This document shows positions 27,201 to 41,341 of a stretch of 64,000 nt of DNA, in pieces (position 1 is the first letter of the stretch; every line of letters begins with the position of its first letter). The position numbers were made by a program, and so were the translations under genes. This DNA comes from Chrysomallon squamiferum (lineage: Eukaryota; Animalia; Mollusca), in NCBI GenBank assembly GCA_012295275.1, contig CM022667.1, positions 14,384,001 to 14,448,000 of the forward strand. The letters are read 5' to 3'. The notes beneath the pieces are model-generated. The model saw only the letters and a program-made list of their open reading frames with translations, had not been told where the DNA came from and did not search any database.

Positions 27201-30200
27201 ACCACACCCCATGTTACCTGGAAATCTGGAGAGAGGTGCCAATCAAGGAAAAACTGGAACAGTTCAACTTGTGCGTTACCAAGCGACTGATATGGACACG
27301 ATCATGGGCACTAGAAGAAGATTTTTACAAGAAACTTCCACCCTATGTTATTAGAAGGTTCTTTTAATTAATTAATTAACTGCTTACAAAACTTTGATAC
27401 AGTTTCATAATGTTTCTTTCAGTTAATTAATTAATTAATTAACTGCTTAGTACATTTTAATGAAGATTTTGCATACAAAACTTTGGTACAGTTTCATAAT
27501 GTTTCTTTTAATTAATTAATCAGTTTTTGCTGTTAAAAGTGTGCGGTGATTGATTTGGCTGTAGAAATATGTTAATATGTATAGCAGTAAATCTGGTCCA
27601 CTCAAATAACCTTTGAAAAATAATGCAGTTGCAGTAGTATTAGTTGTTGTTGTAGTAGTAATGGTAGCAGCAGCAGCAGTATTAGTAACAGTGGTAGCAG
27701 AGGCAATAGCAGTAGCAGCAGTAGTAACAGTAGTAGTAGCAGTAGTAGTAGCAGTAATAGTAATAATGAAAAAGAAAAAAAAAAGGAAGTTTTAGAACAG
27801 AAATGAAGTTATATTTATAACCAACTTAACACATTTTTTTATCTAGGAACGGTGTCACAAATATATAGCAGAATGTTAAAGATATACTTTTGATATTGTG
27901 GATGGAAAAATTAGTATACTGAATTCTGTTATTAATATTTCCACTGGCTATATTATGTATAATTTCAAATAAATTGTTCATTTCTACATCAGACCAAAAA
28001 TAATTTTATTACTGATAATAGTAATACATTATTATATTTTACATCAGAACAAAAATATTTTTATTAATGATAATAGTGATACATTATTATAGTTTACATC
28101 AGAACAAAAATAATTTTATTACTCAATGGTAATAGTGATGCATTATTCTATTTATTTATTTACTTCACAACAGTGTAGCCAAAAAGACTGGACTAATACA
28201 TCATATACTTGGTCACCATCTTGTGTCAGATCAGGGCTATGATGTCATCTCAGTGTCCAGTTTGGGACGAGTTTCATCTTTTGATCTGGACAGTAGACTT
28301 CACTGGCAGGTACAGTTACACAAGCTTTTGTTTCCATCAAGTCATTATATGCATCACATGGGGCAAATTAGCACCAATTTAGTCATTTTGTAACACTTTT
28401 TTAACAGCATGTGACTTCATGATGAAATAACAGCATACGTTTTATTCTTTGTTCATTCATTAAACCCTTTAATATGTATATATCTTTTTTTTTTATCCTT
28501 TATTCACTCATTTTGCACTGGTATATTAAAACTTTTTTTAATTTCGTTTTTCAGGCTCAAACTGAAACTGACTGGTCTGATGTTTCTGGGGCTGTGAGAA
28601 GAAGTAAAAATCTGGACAGTGACAATTCTCGTGAATTCTTCCTGTCTTTCCAACCAAGTCGTGTCCCAATGTCTGTCAGGGTGTTTGGTAGCAAGGTAAG
28701 CCTTCTCATTCTGAAAATACCTGAATGTCTCTGATAACTGGATACAGCTGTACTTTGTGTAAGTCCTTGATTTCACACAATGGTTTGATTCTGGATATAC
28801 ATTGTACAGAATAAGCCTATTTTTGAATATATATATATCTATAATGTGGTAGAAAAATATTATCCATAATAACCAGTATTAATAACCAGGATGCTATTAA
28901 ATTTATTTACTTTGATTATAATGGTAATGATATTCTGGTAGGATACAGTTCTCGCACACAGCATTGAAATCATGTAATATGATACTGATGTTGTTTACAT
29001 CAGTATGTACTTTGTTTTTAACACCTGTGTGTAACTGAACTTACACAGATGTAAAAACAGAGTACATGCTGATTTAAATAACATCATTTGAAATTTGATA
29101 GCAGTATATACATTATTTACCTAGTTTGACATTTGTTTAAAATCTGGTCTCAGTATTTACAGATATTATGTAAATCAGTATTTAACTAGTTTGGACTTAT
29201 GTGTAAATTCTGTATACTGTTTCAAATTTGGTGTCGGTTTTTACAGATGTTACACAAGTCAGTATTATGCTGTTTAACATCTGTGTCAATTTTGCATATT
29301 AAGATCTAATAGCAGTATTTAAATATTCAGCTTTGTCGTTTGTTCTTTTCATTGAGTTTACATTGCATTTAATATTTTACTTATCTATTTAAACTTTCAT
29401 TTTTATGCATTTATTTATTTATTTAAATTTATTTATTTATTTATTTATTTTGTCATTTAAAAAAATACATAATAATTATTATTATTTTCATGTAGATGGA
29501 AAGATCTACAGAGGAGTAATATTCAAACATTATCTTAATTTAATTGTATCAGTTATTACCATATTATTAATATTTTACCACAGTCATAAAAACACAAACA
29601 GTCTGGATTAAGCTTTGTTATTTATTCTGTTACAGGAGGCTTTGGCAGTTGCTGGTTACAAGGCAATATCAGTTGTCAATCTTATTGACGGACAGGTGTT
29701 GGCAGAACATTCCATCCCAGCTCCGCCCACTGGTCAACTAGTTACTGGCGATTTCAACAATGATGGAATCACTGATATTATTCTCACCTGCAAGATGGGG
29801 TAATATACTTTGTTTTAGATTTATTCTGTAAACATTACTTGATTTAAAAACATTCTTATGATGCATCAAGTCGTGTTGCTTTCTTTGCATGATTTTTTTC
29901 ATATCTCTGGTCTGCTGGCTACCAGAGATTTCAAAAGATTAGATGGGGTAAATCTGCTTTGGCAGAAACTAACTCTGTATACATTACTAGGTTTGTTTAT
30001 TGAAAGGCATCTGTTAACAGACATGTTTTGATACATCAGGACATAGTCACAGTGATACATATTTTTTGGCTTGTTGGTGACTTGTTACTGGAGATTTCAT
30101 TATTGGCAGAACCATTGATCCTTTCTGGTTGAGACTAACACCGTACTCAAACATACTGTGAATATCTGTTAAAGGACAACTGTTCCTTTGACAAGTGATT

Positions 30201-30540
30201 CTGAATCATGCTTTGAGAACAATTAAAAAGAATAATGTAGTTATAGCTACCATTTAATTTGAGATTTAGAATCATTCAGAAATTTGTATCATTTTAATCT
30301 TCTATTTATCTGTCATTTAAGGAAGAAAAAATCTTACTATGATGTATTAAAAACTCTCTCTTTCTGATCAATATATTTATTGATTTCTGTTTTTGTTTTT
30401 GTTCTAGGTACATTGGCTTTGAGTTGAAAACTAAAACAAATCACATATACACAGCAATGTATGCCATTGCAGTGCTGCTGTCAATACTTGGAGTGACATA
30501 CTGTCTGTCACCTGATGTGTGGATCAAAGAAGAGGATTGA
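22963..30540 (+). CDS. FG-GAP-repeat (beta-propeller) membrane protein, similar to the plant NERD1/At3g51050 family, 10 coding exons, 676 aa
   Basis: Exons 22963-23400, 23898-24133, 25126-25282, 25555-25659, 26417-26678, 27099-27357, 28174-28309, 28555-28695, 29636-29799, 30408-30540 are GT-AG and in frame (2031 nt). Motifs: PPPVVTDLESDGINEV, HFSTFALSG..G.IRW.H, LPHLW...EDT, DIDEDGELE, GDFNNDGITDII. There are N-terminal and C-terminal hydrophobic segments. The family assignment is from recalled motifs. Confidence 0.82.
27983..28150. repeat. Intronic minisatellite, ~55-bp unit x3
   Basis: 'tacatcagaacaaaaataattttattactgataatagt..acattattata' is repeated three times. Confidence 0.85.
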
Positions 30541-30642
30541 AAACAACGGCTAGTTCGATTGGACAGCTTAATGCCTTTCTTTCTAAAACAGTTTGTGATT
30601 GGATAAAAGATGAGATATAACGCCTCATCAGACTGGATCAAA

Positions 30643-30742
30643 TTGGATAAGGAAAATAAAGTATGAAGTCTTTGTTATTGGATAAGGAAAAGAAAGTATG
30701 AAGTCTTTGTTATTGAATAAGGAAAAGAAAGTATGAAGTCTT
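30643..30742. repeat. ~35-bp tandem repeat x3 in the putative 3' UTR
   Basis: 'ttggataaggaaaagaaagtatgaagtctttgtta' x3. Confidence 0.9.
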
Positions 30743-32382
30743 GGTGATTTGATATAAAATATAAGGTCTTCAGTCACTGGGTTAAATGTGTTAGGTACAG
30801 TGGAGGAAAGATAAGATGTAAGTGCAGTTGTGGTTGGATAAGATATTTGTTAGCTATGACTGTACAATTCAATGGAGAAAAAAGATCTGTGATCTGGACA
30901 ATACCTGATACACTGAACTTTTATTGAGCAGTTTTGTCAAGATAACTAATAAATGAACATGGATAACTAATAAATGCACATGGATATTAATAAATGTTTA
31001 AAAAGATGTTTAAATGGGTGAGGAAGCTGTTGATAAAACTGATCATAACAATCTTTAATGGATGCAGAATAAACATCATCATTTAACACCTCATGTTTTT
31101 TCTATCACTTTCAAATGAAGTTATCTTGGTCAGTACATCATTACTAATATAAGTTGTGTTCAAAGTGGTAGCAATGAACAAAGAAAATCCATATTCCTGT
31201 TTGACATGAATATCAGTGTGTGTTAGTGTTACTATAGTACACAACTTTGGCACCAACCTGTTAAAAAATATATATATATATATTTTGTTGATGGTGAAGT
31301 GTAAAATTTATAAGGCATTTTTATGCTTTGTTTATTTTACTAAAAATATATTATTATTAGACAAATTTGACAGAAATAGACTAGAGAATACATTTTCCGT
31401 TTTAAGTAAGTACTTTTATTAGATGTATAAGTATATGTATTTTGTTTGTAGGTATAGGCATGTTCTTTTGCACCATATGCTAGTAAGAATTATTCAGAAG
31501 GATCACCAGTGCCAATTTACATGGTGCCACTTTGATCACTGGTAATGGGTCTACCTAATTTGACTTGAATATATTTTCTAACACCAAACACTAACCAGAA
31601 ACAAACAAGTAGCGCTTCAAAAGATACACTTCATCAGATGTCCTTGTATCTAACATGCAATAGTTTTCATTTATATCAGAAACTGGCATAATAATGTATT
31701 TGTATAAGACATCTGTTATGCCATGCTACAAGTATATTGTTGGAAAGGCTGCTTGGGTTTCATTTTAATTTGTTCAGTACACAAATGTTATAATGTCCAT
31801 CAGAATTCTGTCCATCTGTGATACTTTTGTAATTTAAACCTTTTAATCATGTTCACAGGTGTGATGTATGGAAGATTTTTATTTGCCTCTCAGTATGTAT
31901 GTGACAAATGATCCTGAAATGAAGAGGGAAATGTGTAAAAAAGTTCATATTTAATCTGTTGACATCACCCTTTTTTCTACAGCAATAAACTGTATTTTAT
32001 TTATTTCAGATTTCTTTGTTTATACATTATAAAAACATGTTTGTCATTTCATTTCCAGCATAGAATCAGTTTTCCAGTGTTCTGTATTAACTGTTTTATT
32101 TTTTTACTAAATAAATTGTAATCAGTAATTTTTATTCTGGTTTAAATAACAACAGCTGCTAATAGAAATAAGAAAGTATTGTTCTTTTTGAGTTTGATGT
32201 AATTTTATGACCAGAGCTTCAAGAGTGGGATGATTAGGGTCAAAATCTACAGACTACTCAAATCCTATTTTCACTATTTCCAATAGCTTTGATGTAAACT
32301 GTATCAGACATATCAAAAATGATAGTTTGTGATACTTTTAACATATAGCAGCATTAATCACAACATTATCAAAAATATAGTA

Positions 32383-32651
32383 CAGGTACCAGACCAATTC
32401 TCCAGACTCCTTGGGGCCTGAGGCATTCCAGATTTCTGGATTTTCCGGTTTTCTGGCATCACGGCATCTAAATATGTAAATAATTTAAGAATATTAGGCA
32501 ACAAAACAATTTGAGTAATGAATGCCACAAAAAAATAGTAGTTCCAGTCTGGTGAGGACAACATCTGCGTGCATGAACTATGAAAATAGCGTCAGGAAAA
32601 AACTTCCAGCTTTCTGGATTTCAGGATGTTGAATAATTGGTCTGATACCTG
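32383..32651. mobile_element. Tc1/mariner-type MITE, same family as 13319-13532, independent insertion
   Basis: TA|CAGGTACCAGACCAATT ... AATTGGTCTGATACCTG|TA; the first ~90 bp match the other copies (ctccttggggcctgaggcattcc). Confidence 0.85.
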
Positions 32652-33315
32652 TAGATACAATGGCTTTGCCCCCCCCCTCAAAAAAAAAAAAAAAAAACCC
32701 AAAAAAAAAAAAAAATCAACAAAAACACGAGGTAATTTTCATATCATTTTTTATTATATAATTTACCAATGTATACAGAAGGTGAAGGTGAAGATAAACA
32801 AATATTATATACAAAAAATATTTTTAAAATTAGCTTTCATAAATAATTTAAAATGTTAAGCTGTTCAGCCAATTTAATATCACCAATTTTATGTATTAAT
32901 TAAAACAGAATGTCCCAAAACTGCTTATAACCCATCTCCATTTCAAAAGAGGCTTTTAATTTTATCCATTAGAGAGACTCATTTTACAAAAGAAATAATA
33001 GTCTTCATTCATATTTGAAATAAAAATAATAACTACCTACAAAAATAAAAATAGGTTCAAAATGTTTAAAATCTCAATCAAAATTGATAAAATGTTAGAT
33101 AAAAATGGACGGAATGTGGGTGGAATTTTGATAAATCCTGAATTATATCTTTTATTCCCTTTTCAACAGACACAGATATTAAAAATAACAATCACAACCA
33201 GACATTTTTATCTTTTTTTCGAGTTAAAAAAAAGATTCTTTCATATTTTTCAACCAAATATTCTAACCAGTGCACAAAATGGTGGTTATTTTTTTTTAAA
33301 TCTTGAAATATATTT

Positions 33316-36300
33316 CTATGTTGGAGCAGATACTAATCCAGCAACACCCTGGCCAAGTGTTTGTCCACCGACTGTACTCTCAAGAGGCTTAAATCCAAGC
33401 TCTTCTGTAGGAATTCCAAACACATGCAGTTTTGCCTCGTATGTTCTCAACAAATCATTATGAGCCTTAAAAACAAAATCATCATTAAATTAACTTGTCA
33501 TATAAACTTCTGACAAACATATTGGATGCAGATATCCAGAGAAAACAAAAATTACTAACACTGTTTTCTGAATTTCAAAAAAAAAAAAAAAATTATTTAT
33601 TTATTATAAAAGTAAATATAAAAGTCTGCACATATACATTCTTTAAATATATATTTAATTGTTCACATATCATACTTTCATAGTTTGGAAGTCATGTTAA
33701 AAGCAAAAAATGTATGAAAAATGCCTGGGTCACTAATTTTTCCATGATACCTATGTTTATGCCATGGTCTTTTAGCCTGCAAGACAACATACACAGTAGA
33801 TAATTATCCAAAGTAAACTCACCTTGCAAACACGAGCAAGTTCGTATTGTAAATCTTTAATTGCACTGTTTTTGGAATCCAGAACATCCTGCAAGCAAAA
33901 AACGGAAAATAACTTAGCAATATATCTCAAATTATAAAAGAAATACTTCTTATCAGTCACTGATAATTTCTCATTTCTGAAAATGAAAGGTTTATTAAAT
34001 TTTCTTTATAAATGAAAATGCAATGTTCTGGCATTATGAATAATCTGTAGATGTTATTTCATATTGTGAAAATTTATTTCATAACAGAAACTAATCAAAC
34101 TGTTAATGAGAAAATGTTTTACTATATTAATAATTAGCAGGATGATATACTAAAGAGACATTTTTATTATGTGACAAATCGCACAGCTTGTGAGAACACT
34201 TAAATTATAGTAAGTTAAACGTAATCTGTGAGGATTTTTCAGTTTGCTTATGTCTGATAAGCAATAATATTCTCATTTATATTTCCTCTTTTTCTTTTTA
34301 AACTATAAAGAATTAATTAATTCAGAACCAATTTTGGCAGTAATATTCCCCTTTGGCTTTAATTTTTTATATAACTTTTTCTTCTGAGCTTTAAATAAAT
34401 TAAACCAAAACCAATATTTTTACACTATAAAAAATTAAATAAATAAACACTCACACATACCTGGTCACACTTGCACACTCATACCTACTGGCATGCACAG
34501 ACACACCTGCACACACACACACATACACAGACAAAAATATACTGACCTCCAGTTTTCTGGTGACGACTGTAAGTGCAGTTGGATCGAGGTTGGAAGCTGA
34601 GAGAACTTCGTTGAGTTGAGCTTCTTTCTTTTCCAGGGTGTCAACGAGAGCATTGAGTTTTTTCTCCAGCAGAAGATTCTTGAAGCTGCTCTTCTGTTGC
34701 ACTTCATGTATCGCCTTGACAAACTTGCTGTACAGCTCATCTCTTTCTTCCTGAGTCTTTTAATGAAAATTACAGTTAATATATATCAAAGTAGAATTGA
34801 AAAATGATGTACAATTAGTGTATATAAAATTGAATATAACTGAGATTATATTATGATAATGGTGGGCATTCTGGGCAAATTAAATGACAGAGCACCTTCA
34901 GCCTTCAATTTGGCTATGTTGTTTTGATGTTCATAAAGCAGATGTTTATCCTTTTGTTTGTATACTTAACAGAAAACCCCCAAAATAAAACAGTCTATAA
35001 ATAAATGTGAAAACACTGTTTAGAAACTAATAAAGAATATTGAAATTTTAAATATTTTTTCACTTTTTTCAAAATGGATAATAATAATTTTCACAATTTT
35101 CTTGAAACTGATGTATATGTCAACAGGAAAAAGTACCTTTTGGAACCGTTGCTCCAAAACTTCATGTTCCCACTGGAGTGCTTTGAAATCTTTCTCCATA
35201 GCTCGTAATCTAGCTTTTGTCATCTAAACAAACAATTATTAGAAACAAATTAATCACAGATTTATCTTTACAAAAATATATTCTGGAGGCAACCAATCTC
35301 AGAATATCTATGTCTTATAAACCAGGTCCCAGTAAGAGACTGGAAATAGTTAAACAAAAAACATCAGTTATTGTTAAAAGAAACCACGTCAATGATGACA
35401 TTTAATGCAATATGTACAGATAACAGGTTCTAGTAAAATAAAATTTACTGAAGTATAAAACTACTTTTACACAATATCTAAAGAGATTTTTTTTATTTCA
35501 ATAATGTCTTGAAAAGAATTGTCTGTTCAGACTAAAATTTGTCAGTTACTGAAAAGGACATGCTGCTATAGAAATCTTATTTTTTATTTTTTTATTTTGT
35601 ACTTACTCTGAGAGTTTCTATATCTTTGTTGTAACTTGCAAGCTGCTTCCTGAGGTCTTCAACCTCTTCACGGGCTCTCTGAAGTGGTTCAGTCAGACGT
35701 TTGTTTTCAGCTATTACTTCAGCCATCTGTTTCTCCATTCGTTCTTCTTTCTTCTTCATTTCTTCAACTTGTTCCTAAGCAGATGGAAAGAAGAAATATT
35801 ATTTAAAATTGATGTTTACAGGTACCTTCAGCTGAGAAAGAAGAAATCAAATCATAACTTATAATATGGAATAAAATGCCTGCCTTGTAAAGAAATAAAT
35901 ATTCCTACTAATCAATAAATCAGTGATCTACAATATGTTTATATCCATTGAAGATTTGGTGATATGTCCTGGGAAACAATTTAGTAAACTAGACTATCTG
36001 ATCAACACTTTTCTCATACTGTTAAAACAAGTATTTTAGATGAAAGATGACAGTCATTTTATACCTTCACCTGTTAATTAGTTAGTCTGAGTAGAAGTAA
36101 TAGGTATATGAGGAATGTTTGGTAATAGTGGAGGTGCAGTGGCATATCTGCACTATTACCAATTTCATATAAAAATACTTTTTACCAATCAGTGACAAAT
36201 AGCAAGCACAGATCATACCAGAAACAATATAAATGTAATACTGTTTTCTTCTTCGTTTGCCCATGTTTTCCCCACTGGTTTGTCTGAATCTTGAGAAAGT

Positions 36301-39300
36301 ACTACCTGTCTCTGACCCCCATGATAACATCTAACAGAAGTCAGCAGCAAATCAGTATATAACCAGTCAAAGAGATGAGAGATGGGAATGGTTTTACAAT
36401 TCTCTAGTCGACATCAACAAGTAGCCAATAATTAAGGAATTTAAGGGCATATGAATGTAATAGTTTACTATTCCTAATAATGGAAAGATCATGTAACAAT
36501 GAATATCCTACCTTCAGTGTGTTGATGAGAGCCAGATTGTTCAGTGTTATGTCATTGTAGTAATTCTTGATGTCGCTGAAAGCCTTCTCGTGGTTCTTCA
36601 TTAGAGTGTTTATCTGGCCATTCTTCCTCTCCTCGATTTCATGGATTTCAGTCTTTCTTCTCAAATCCAGCTCATCTCGAAGAGTCCTCATCTTCTTCTC
36701 GTACTTGGCTTCAATTTCCCGAGCCTGCCTCTCAAAGTTTTGTCTCAGTGCTGTGATTTGTTCATCATTTGTCTAAAAATACAAATTTAAATAAATAAAA
36801 TAAGAAAGTAAACAAATAAACAATACAAATAAAATAAAAGTAATATAAAATAAAATAAAGTAAGTATGGGAGTAAATAAACTTAAAACAGAACACATTAG
36901 CCAACTTATCTATATGTGATTACAAGAACAAAAAACAAAAATGGGTACAAAATAAAATTATTATTATTAAAATCTTGATATAAATGTCTTTTGATTCATT
37001 ATGAAATTTTATTTTGCATTTAACACATAGCATGTTTTAATATTATACTTCCATTATTATGGATGAATCTGTTTAGATTCTGTAAATTATCACTGATGTA
37101 TATTTTTTGTTATTTGACACATTAGCATATTAATATTAATCATTTAAATATGTGATTTTTGTATACTGGTGATATTTAAGAGAACAAACTAACAGTCACA
37201 AGCAGGAGTTATTATTTTTATCTATTATGAGGCAGGATTTTACATCCCATGACCTGTTAATTAGTAAAAGACCTGTGCTGTGATAGGAAATAACACTAAT
37301 TCAACAAGTTACTTAAAAAAATGATTAGTTTGCTATGAGTTTTTTTTTTCACAAAACAAAGATAAATTTTCATTATATCAACAAAAAAATAATAATAAGT
37401 AAAATAATTTTTAAAAAGATTTAATAAAATTTTACCTTCTTGAGATTCTTGATGACATCTTCGTGTGCTAATTCCAATTCTTTGAGTTCCACTTTGAGAG
37501 CTCTCTTGTCTTTTCTGAGTTCCATCTCATTACTCTGGTGGGTATCCTGGGCCAATTTGATTGACACAGCACCTTCAGCCTTCAATTCTGCTATGTTGTT
37601 TTGATGTTCATAAAGCAGATGTTTAACTTTTTGTTTGTATACCTAACAGGAATAAAAATAAAAATGATTTACAAATAAATTTAATAAATGAAGAAAGAAA
37701 ATTTACTGAGGTAAATGATAATAAATTATTAGCAAAAAATGTGGTCAGTAAGAAATTAATATAATAATTATAGTAACATTTGAAAATGTAAAAAATGTAA
37801 ATAACAATAATAATTATTAAGACAATGGTTACTTCTGGAAACAAAATTTGTTAACATTTGAACATTTGAAAGAAAAACCACTCAGCTTGTATAAACTTAA
37901 TTTACACAGGCATAAACCTAATTTAAAAAGTATTAAGATAAATTTGTTTTAAATGTTCAACAATCATGACTGAAATAGTAGGCTCATTTTGTCATACTGA
38001 CATTGACAGTAGAATTTTAAATATCAAATAAAAGTATTATATGCTTGTTAATACTTTTTATCATATAATTACTAATATTTTTTTTTATGCTAAAATCTTA
38101 TATTAACATTGTTATTCAAATGTTACGTATCAAATAAAAATACTACATGCTTATTAACATTTTTAAGAATTCTAATATTATTGCAAAGATTTCAGTTTTT
38201 TTAATACTTATATTTTAATTAATATTTTTAGCATACTTTGATTTCAACTTGATGTCTTTCTTCTGCGTCCTCCATCTCGCGATCTTTGTTTCGAAGTTCT
38301 GCTTTCTTCTCTTCAAGTTGTCGCTTTGTGATTTCCCAGAATGTGTTAACTTTGTCTCTCTCCAGCTGGAAGTAGTTCCGCTCTTCTCGCTCTCTGTCAA
38401 GTTCATCTCGAAGCCGCATGATGTGCTCCTCCAACTACAACCAAGGCAATGAATTAATTAATATTTGTTTAATAACATTCCAATACATTTAATGTTTAAA
38501 ATATTTCCAATTACATTTAAAAAAACAAAAACAAAGCAAAAGTTTTAGTATGATAAAAATGGGCTTTTTCGATTAGCTGCATAGAAGTAAGCAATAAACA
38601 TTTGTTTAATTCAGTACATGTTATTATTAATGATTATTAAGTATCTACATTTTCATAACCATACTGATGGATCATAATTTTTTGTTCCTTCAAATTTATG
38701 ATTTTCCATACAAATAAACAACCAAAAATGTAGCCAACAAATAATATTTTATATGACTTTACAGATAAAAGATACTAGCAAATTATAGTGTGGAAAAAAT
38801 AAAAATACTTCATAATGATGAAATATGTAAATGTTTTCCATAAAGGTTTAAATACCTGTTCTTTAGACATTTCTTCTGTTGAGATGCCATCGATAACTGT
38901 GGGAGTTTTAGCCTTTCCTGACTTCTTTCCTTTCTTCCCCTTCTTACCACTCTTCTTCTTTTTGGGAGGCTGAATGTATGATAAATAAATTAATAAATAA
39001 ATAAATATAAAAAATTGAGTAATTGTAATCTATATGCCATTTTAAACACTGAAATGATATATATAAAAATGTTTGGAAGTTTTAAAACTGATTATAGAAC
39101 ATATACAAAATAAAAGTAGTGTTTTATTTTTGTTATTTTTAGAAAAGTGTCAAATTATGAAGTTTGCTATATATCACTGAAAGCAGGAATAATTTGATGT
39201 TCTTAATTCTATCAGTCACATACTGTTGTTATTGTAAGATATTAATAAACAAAGGAACATTACTATCCAGATACATTTTTGATGTATATTGCTGAGTCAG

Positions 39301-39713
39301 TGATTTTGCACTGGTTGTGCATAATCAGAAATGTTATGTAGCAACATTGTTATTTTATAAAACTATTAAGACTGTTATGATTTAGATATTTCCATTGCAT
39401 AATTTACTAACTTGCCAGTAATGTTTCTGAGATAAGTATGAGATAAAAATTAATATTAAATGCTTGGAGATATATCTCATACAAAAAAAAATAATAAGAA
39501 AGTAAGGTTTAAATATCTGGCAAATTCAATAAATCATATTGCTGTACATACTTATATAAATATTTGATTAAATATGTTTAAAAATATGTTTTTGTGATAA
39601 AAAGCTATACACTACTTTCACTGTCTTGAAATAGTTTTTATGCAGTTAATATGTTTAACTAATGTATCTGATGTATTATGTTAGGAAATAATAACAAAAA
39701 CAATAACAGTATC

Positions 39714-39751
<38 letters not shown>

Positions 39752-39932
39752 TGATGATAATGATGATGATATCATCACGATTTTCTGGATAAACTGAAAC
39801 TTTGAAAGCTATGTAACTATGTTACGGCAATTGTATGATATAAATTATGGCTTATTTGTGTAAATATTTCTTATAAAATTGTAAGTTATCTTTTAATATA
39901 ATATTCTTAGTTCAGTTAAGTCTTAAGTTTAA

Positions 39933-39980
<48 letters not shown>

Positions 39981-40152
39981 CTGAAATTAACAACAATCAG
40001 GTCATTTAACAAATGTCGAAATCTGAAACAAAATTAAATAATTCGTTTGGTTTATTATCTTAATATTATATTTTAACTTTAACAACCACAGTAGTGTCAA
40101 CAATTAATCATTAGATGTTGAATTTCTGAGAAACAAACAACAGTCTTACCAT
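33316..40152 (-). CDS. GAS8: Growth arrest-specific 8 / dynein regulatory complex subunit 4, 10 coding exons, 487 aa
   Basis: Exons 40152-40150 (ATG only), 38969-38856, 38434-38237, 37642-37436, 36772-36512, 35774-35607, 35223-35137, 34756-34547, 33888-33823, 33465-33316. Hallmark peptides: [90 protein letters not shown]. Confidence 0.96.
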
Positions 40153-40237
40153 TATGATGTATATTTGTCGCCGAAAGCTTCTAAAATCAACAATAATTAG
40201 TCGAAAATAACTCCTAACACAAATAAGCCATTTGATG

Positions 40238-40252
40238 GTTGTCCAGAGTAAC
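40238..40252. promoter_or_regulatory. Putative RFX X-box upstream of GAS8
   Basis: GTTGTC-CAG-AGTAAC versus consensus GTNRCC-N0-3-RGYAAC (one mismatch), ~90 nt upstream of the start codon of a motile-cilia gene. Confidence 0.5.
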
Positions 40253-40625
40253 AGTTACCCGTATGTACGCAGTAGTACTCGGATATATTCGGTTTAACGG
40301 AGATAAACGAAAATTAGAATTATCGTTCTTTACTTGGGCGAGATTATCCTGACTTCCTGAATGTAAGAAAATCCTGTTTCGCGAGTAATGCAATGATTAA
40401 TATAGGGTTGTGATATTGAGTAAGCCGCATTTGTTATACTTTTCGGATTATTTGTATCAGAACCTGAGATTTATGAAAGGTAATTAAAATGTTAATTGTT
40501 AATGTCAATTAGTGAACACTGAATTATTTATAAAATAATAATTATTGATTAAATCTGAGTTGAAATAGATAATAATATTACGACTTAAATAAATAAATAA
40601 AATCGAGTAGCATATAGTTAATTAT

Positions 40626-40708
<83 letters not shown>

Positions 40709-40790
40709 AACACCTTATTCTATTTTAAAATAAATAATTTAGTTGAGGTATATATATATATATAACTTAATTAATTGTCTCATTCAACAG

Positions 40791-40863
40791 ATGGCTGAAG
40801 TTGTTAAAGCTGGTTACTTGAAACGATATAGTAGTAAGTATAGCCTTGTTTGCTTATCAGTAC

Positions 40864-40895
<32 letters not shown>

Positions 40896-40902
40896 ATAAA
40901 TG

Positions 40903-40939
<37 letters not shown>

Positions 40940-40959
40940 CAAAACAACAAAACATAAAA

Positions 40960-41001
<42 letters not shown>

Positions 41002-41063
41002 GCTTTTCAAACATTTTAAGAAGACTACTCTTACACTACATGTAAAATCAATTCCAGAAACAA

Positions 41064-41139
<76 letters not shown>

Positions 41140-41310
41140 TATTTAATTTTAATAATGCTGAAACCTTTTTTTTCTCAGAAAGTTTCTTGGGAGAAGGCTG
41201 GAACAATGTTTGGATTGTTCTGCACAAAGACAGCAATTTGGTTATATACAAGAAACAAGGGGACACAACACCTAAAGGGCATGTAGTAATGAAGGTAATC
41301 TACCAATGAG

Positions 41311-41341
<31 letters not shown>

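Noticed and set aside
30643-30742. 35-bp direct repeats resembling a CRISPR array
   Set aside because: The repeats are adjacent with no unique spacers, in a eukaryotic 3' UTR context with no cas genes.
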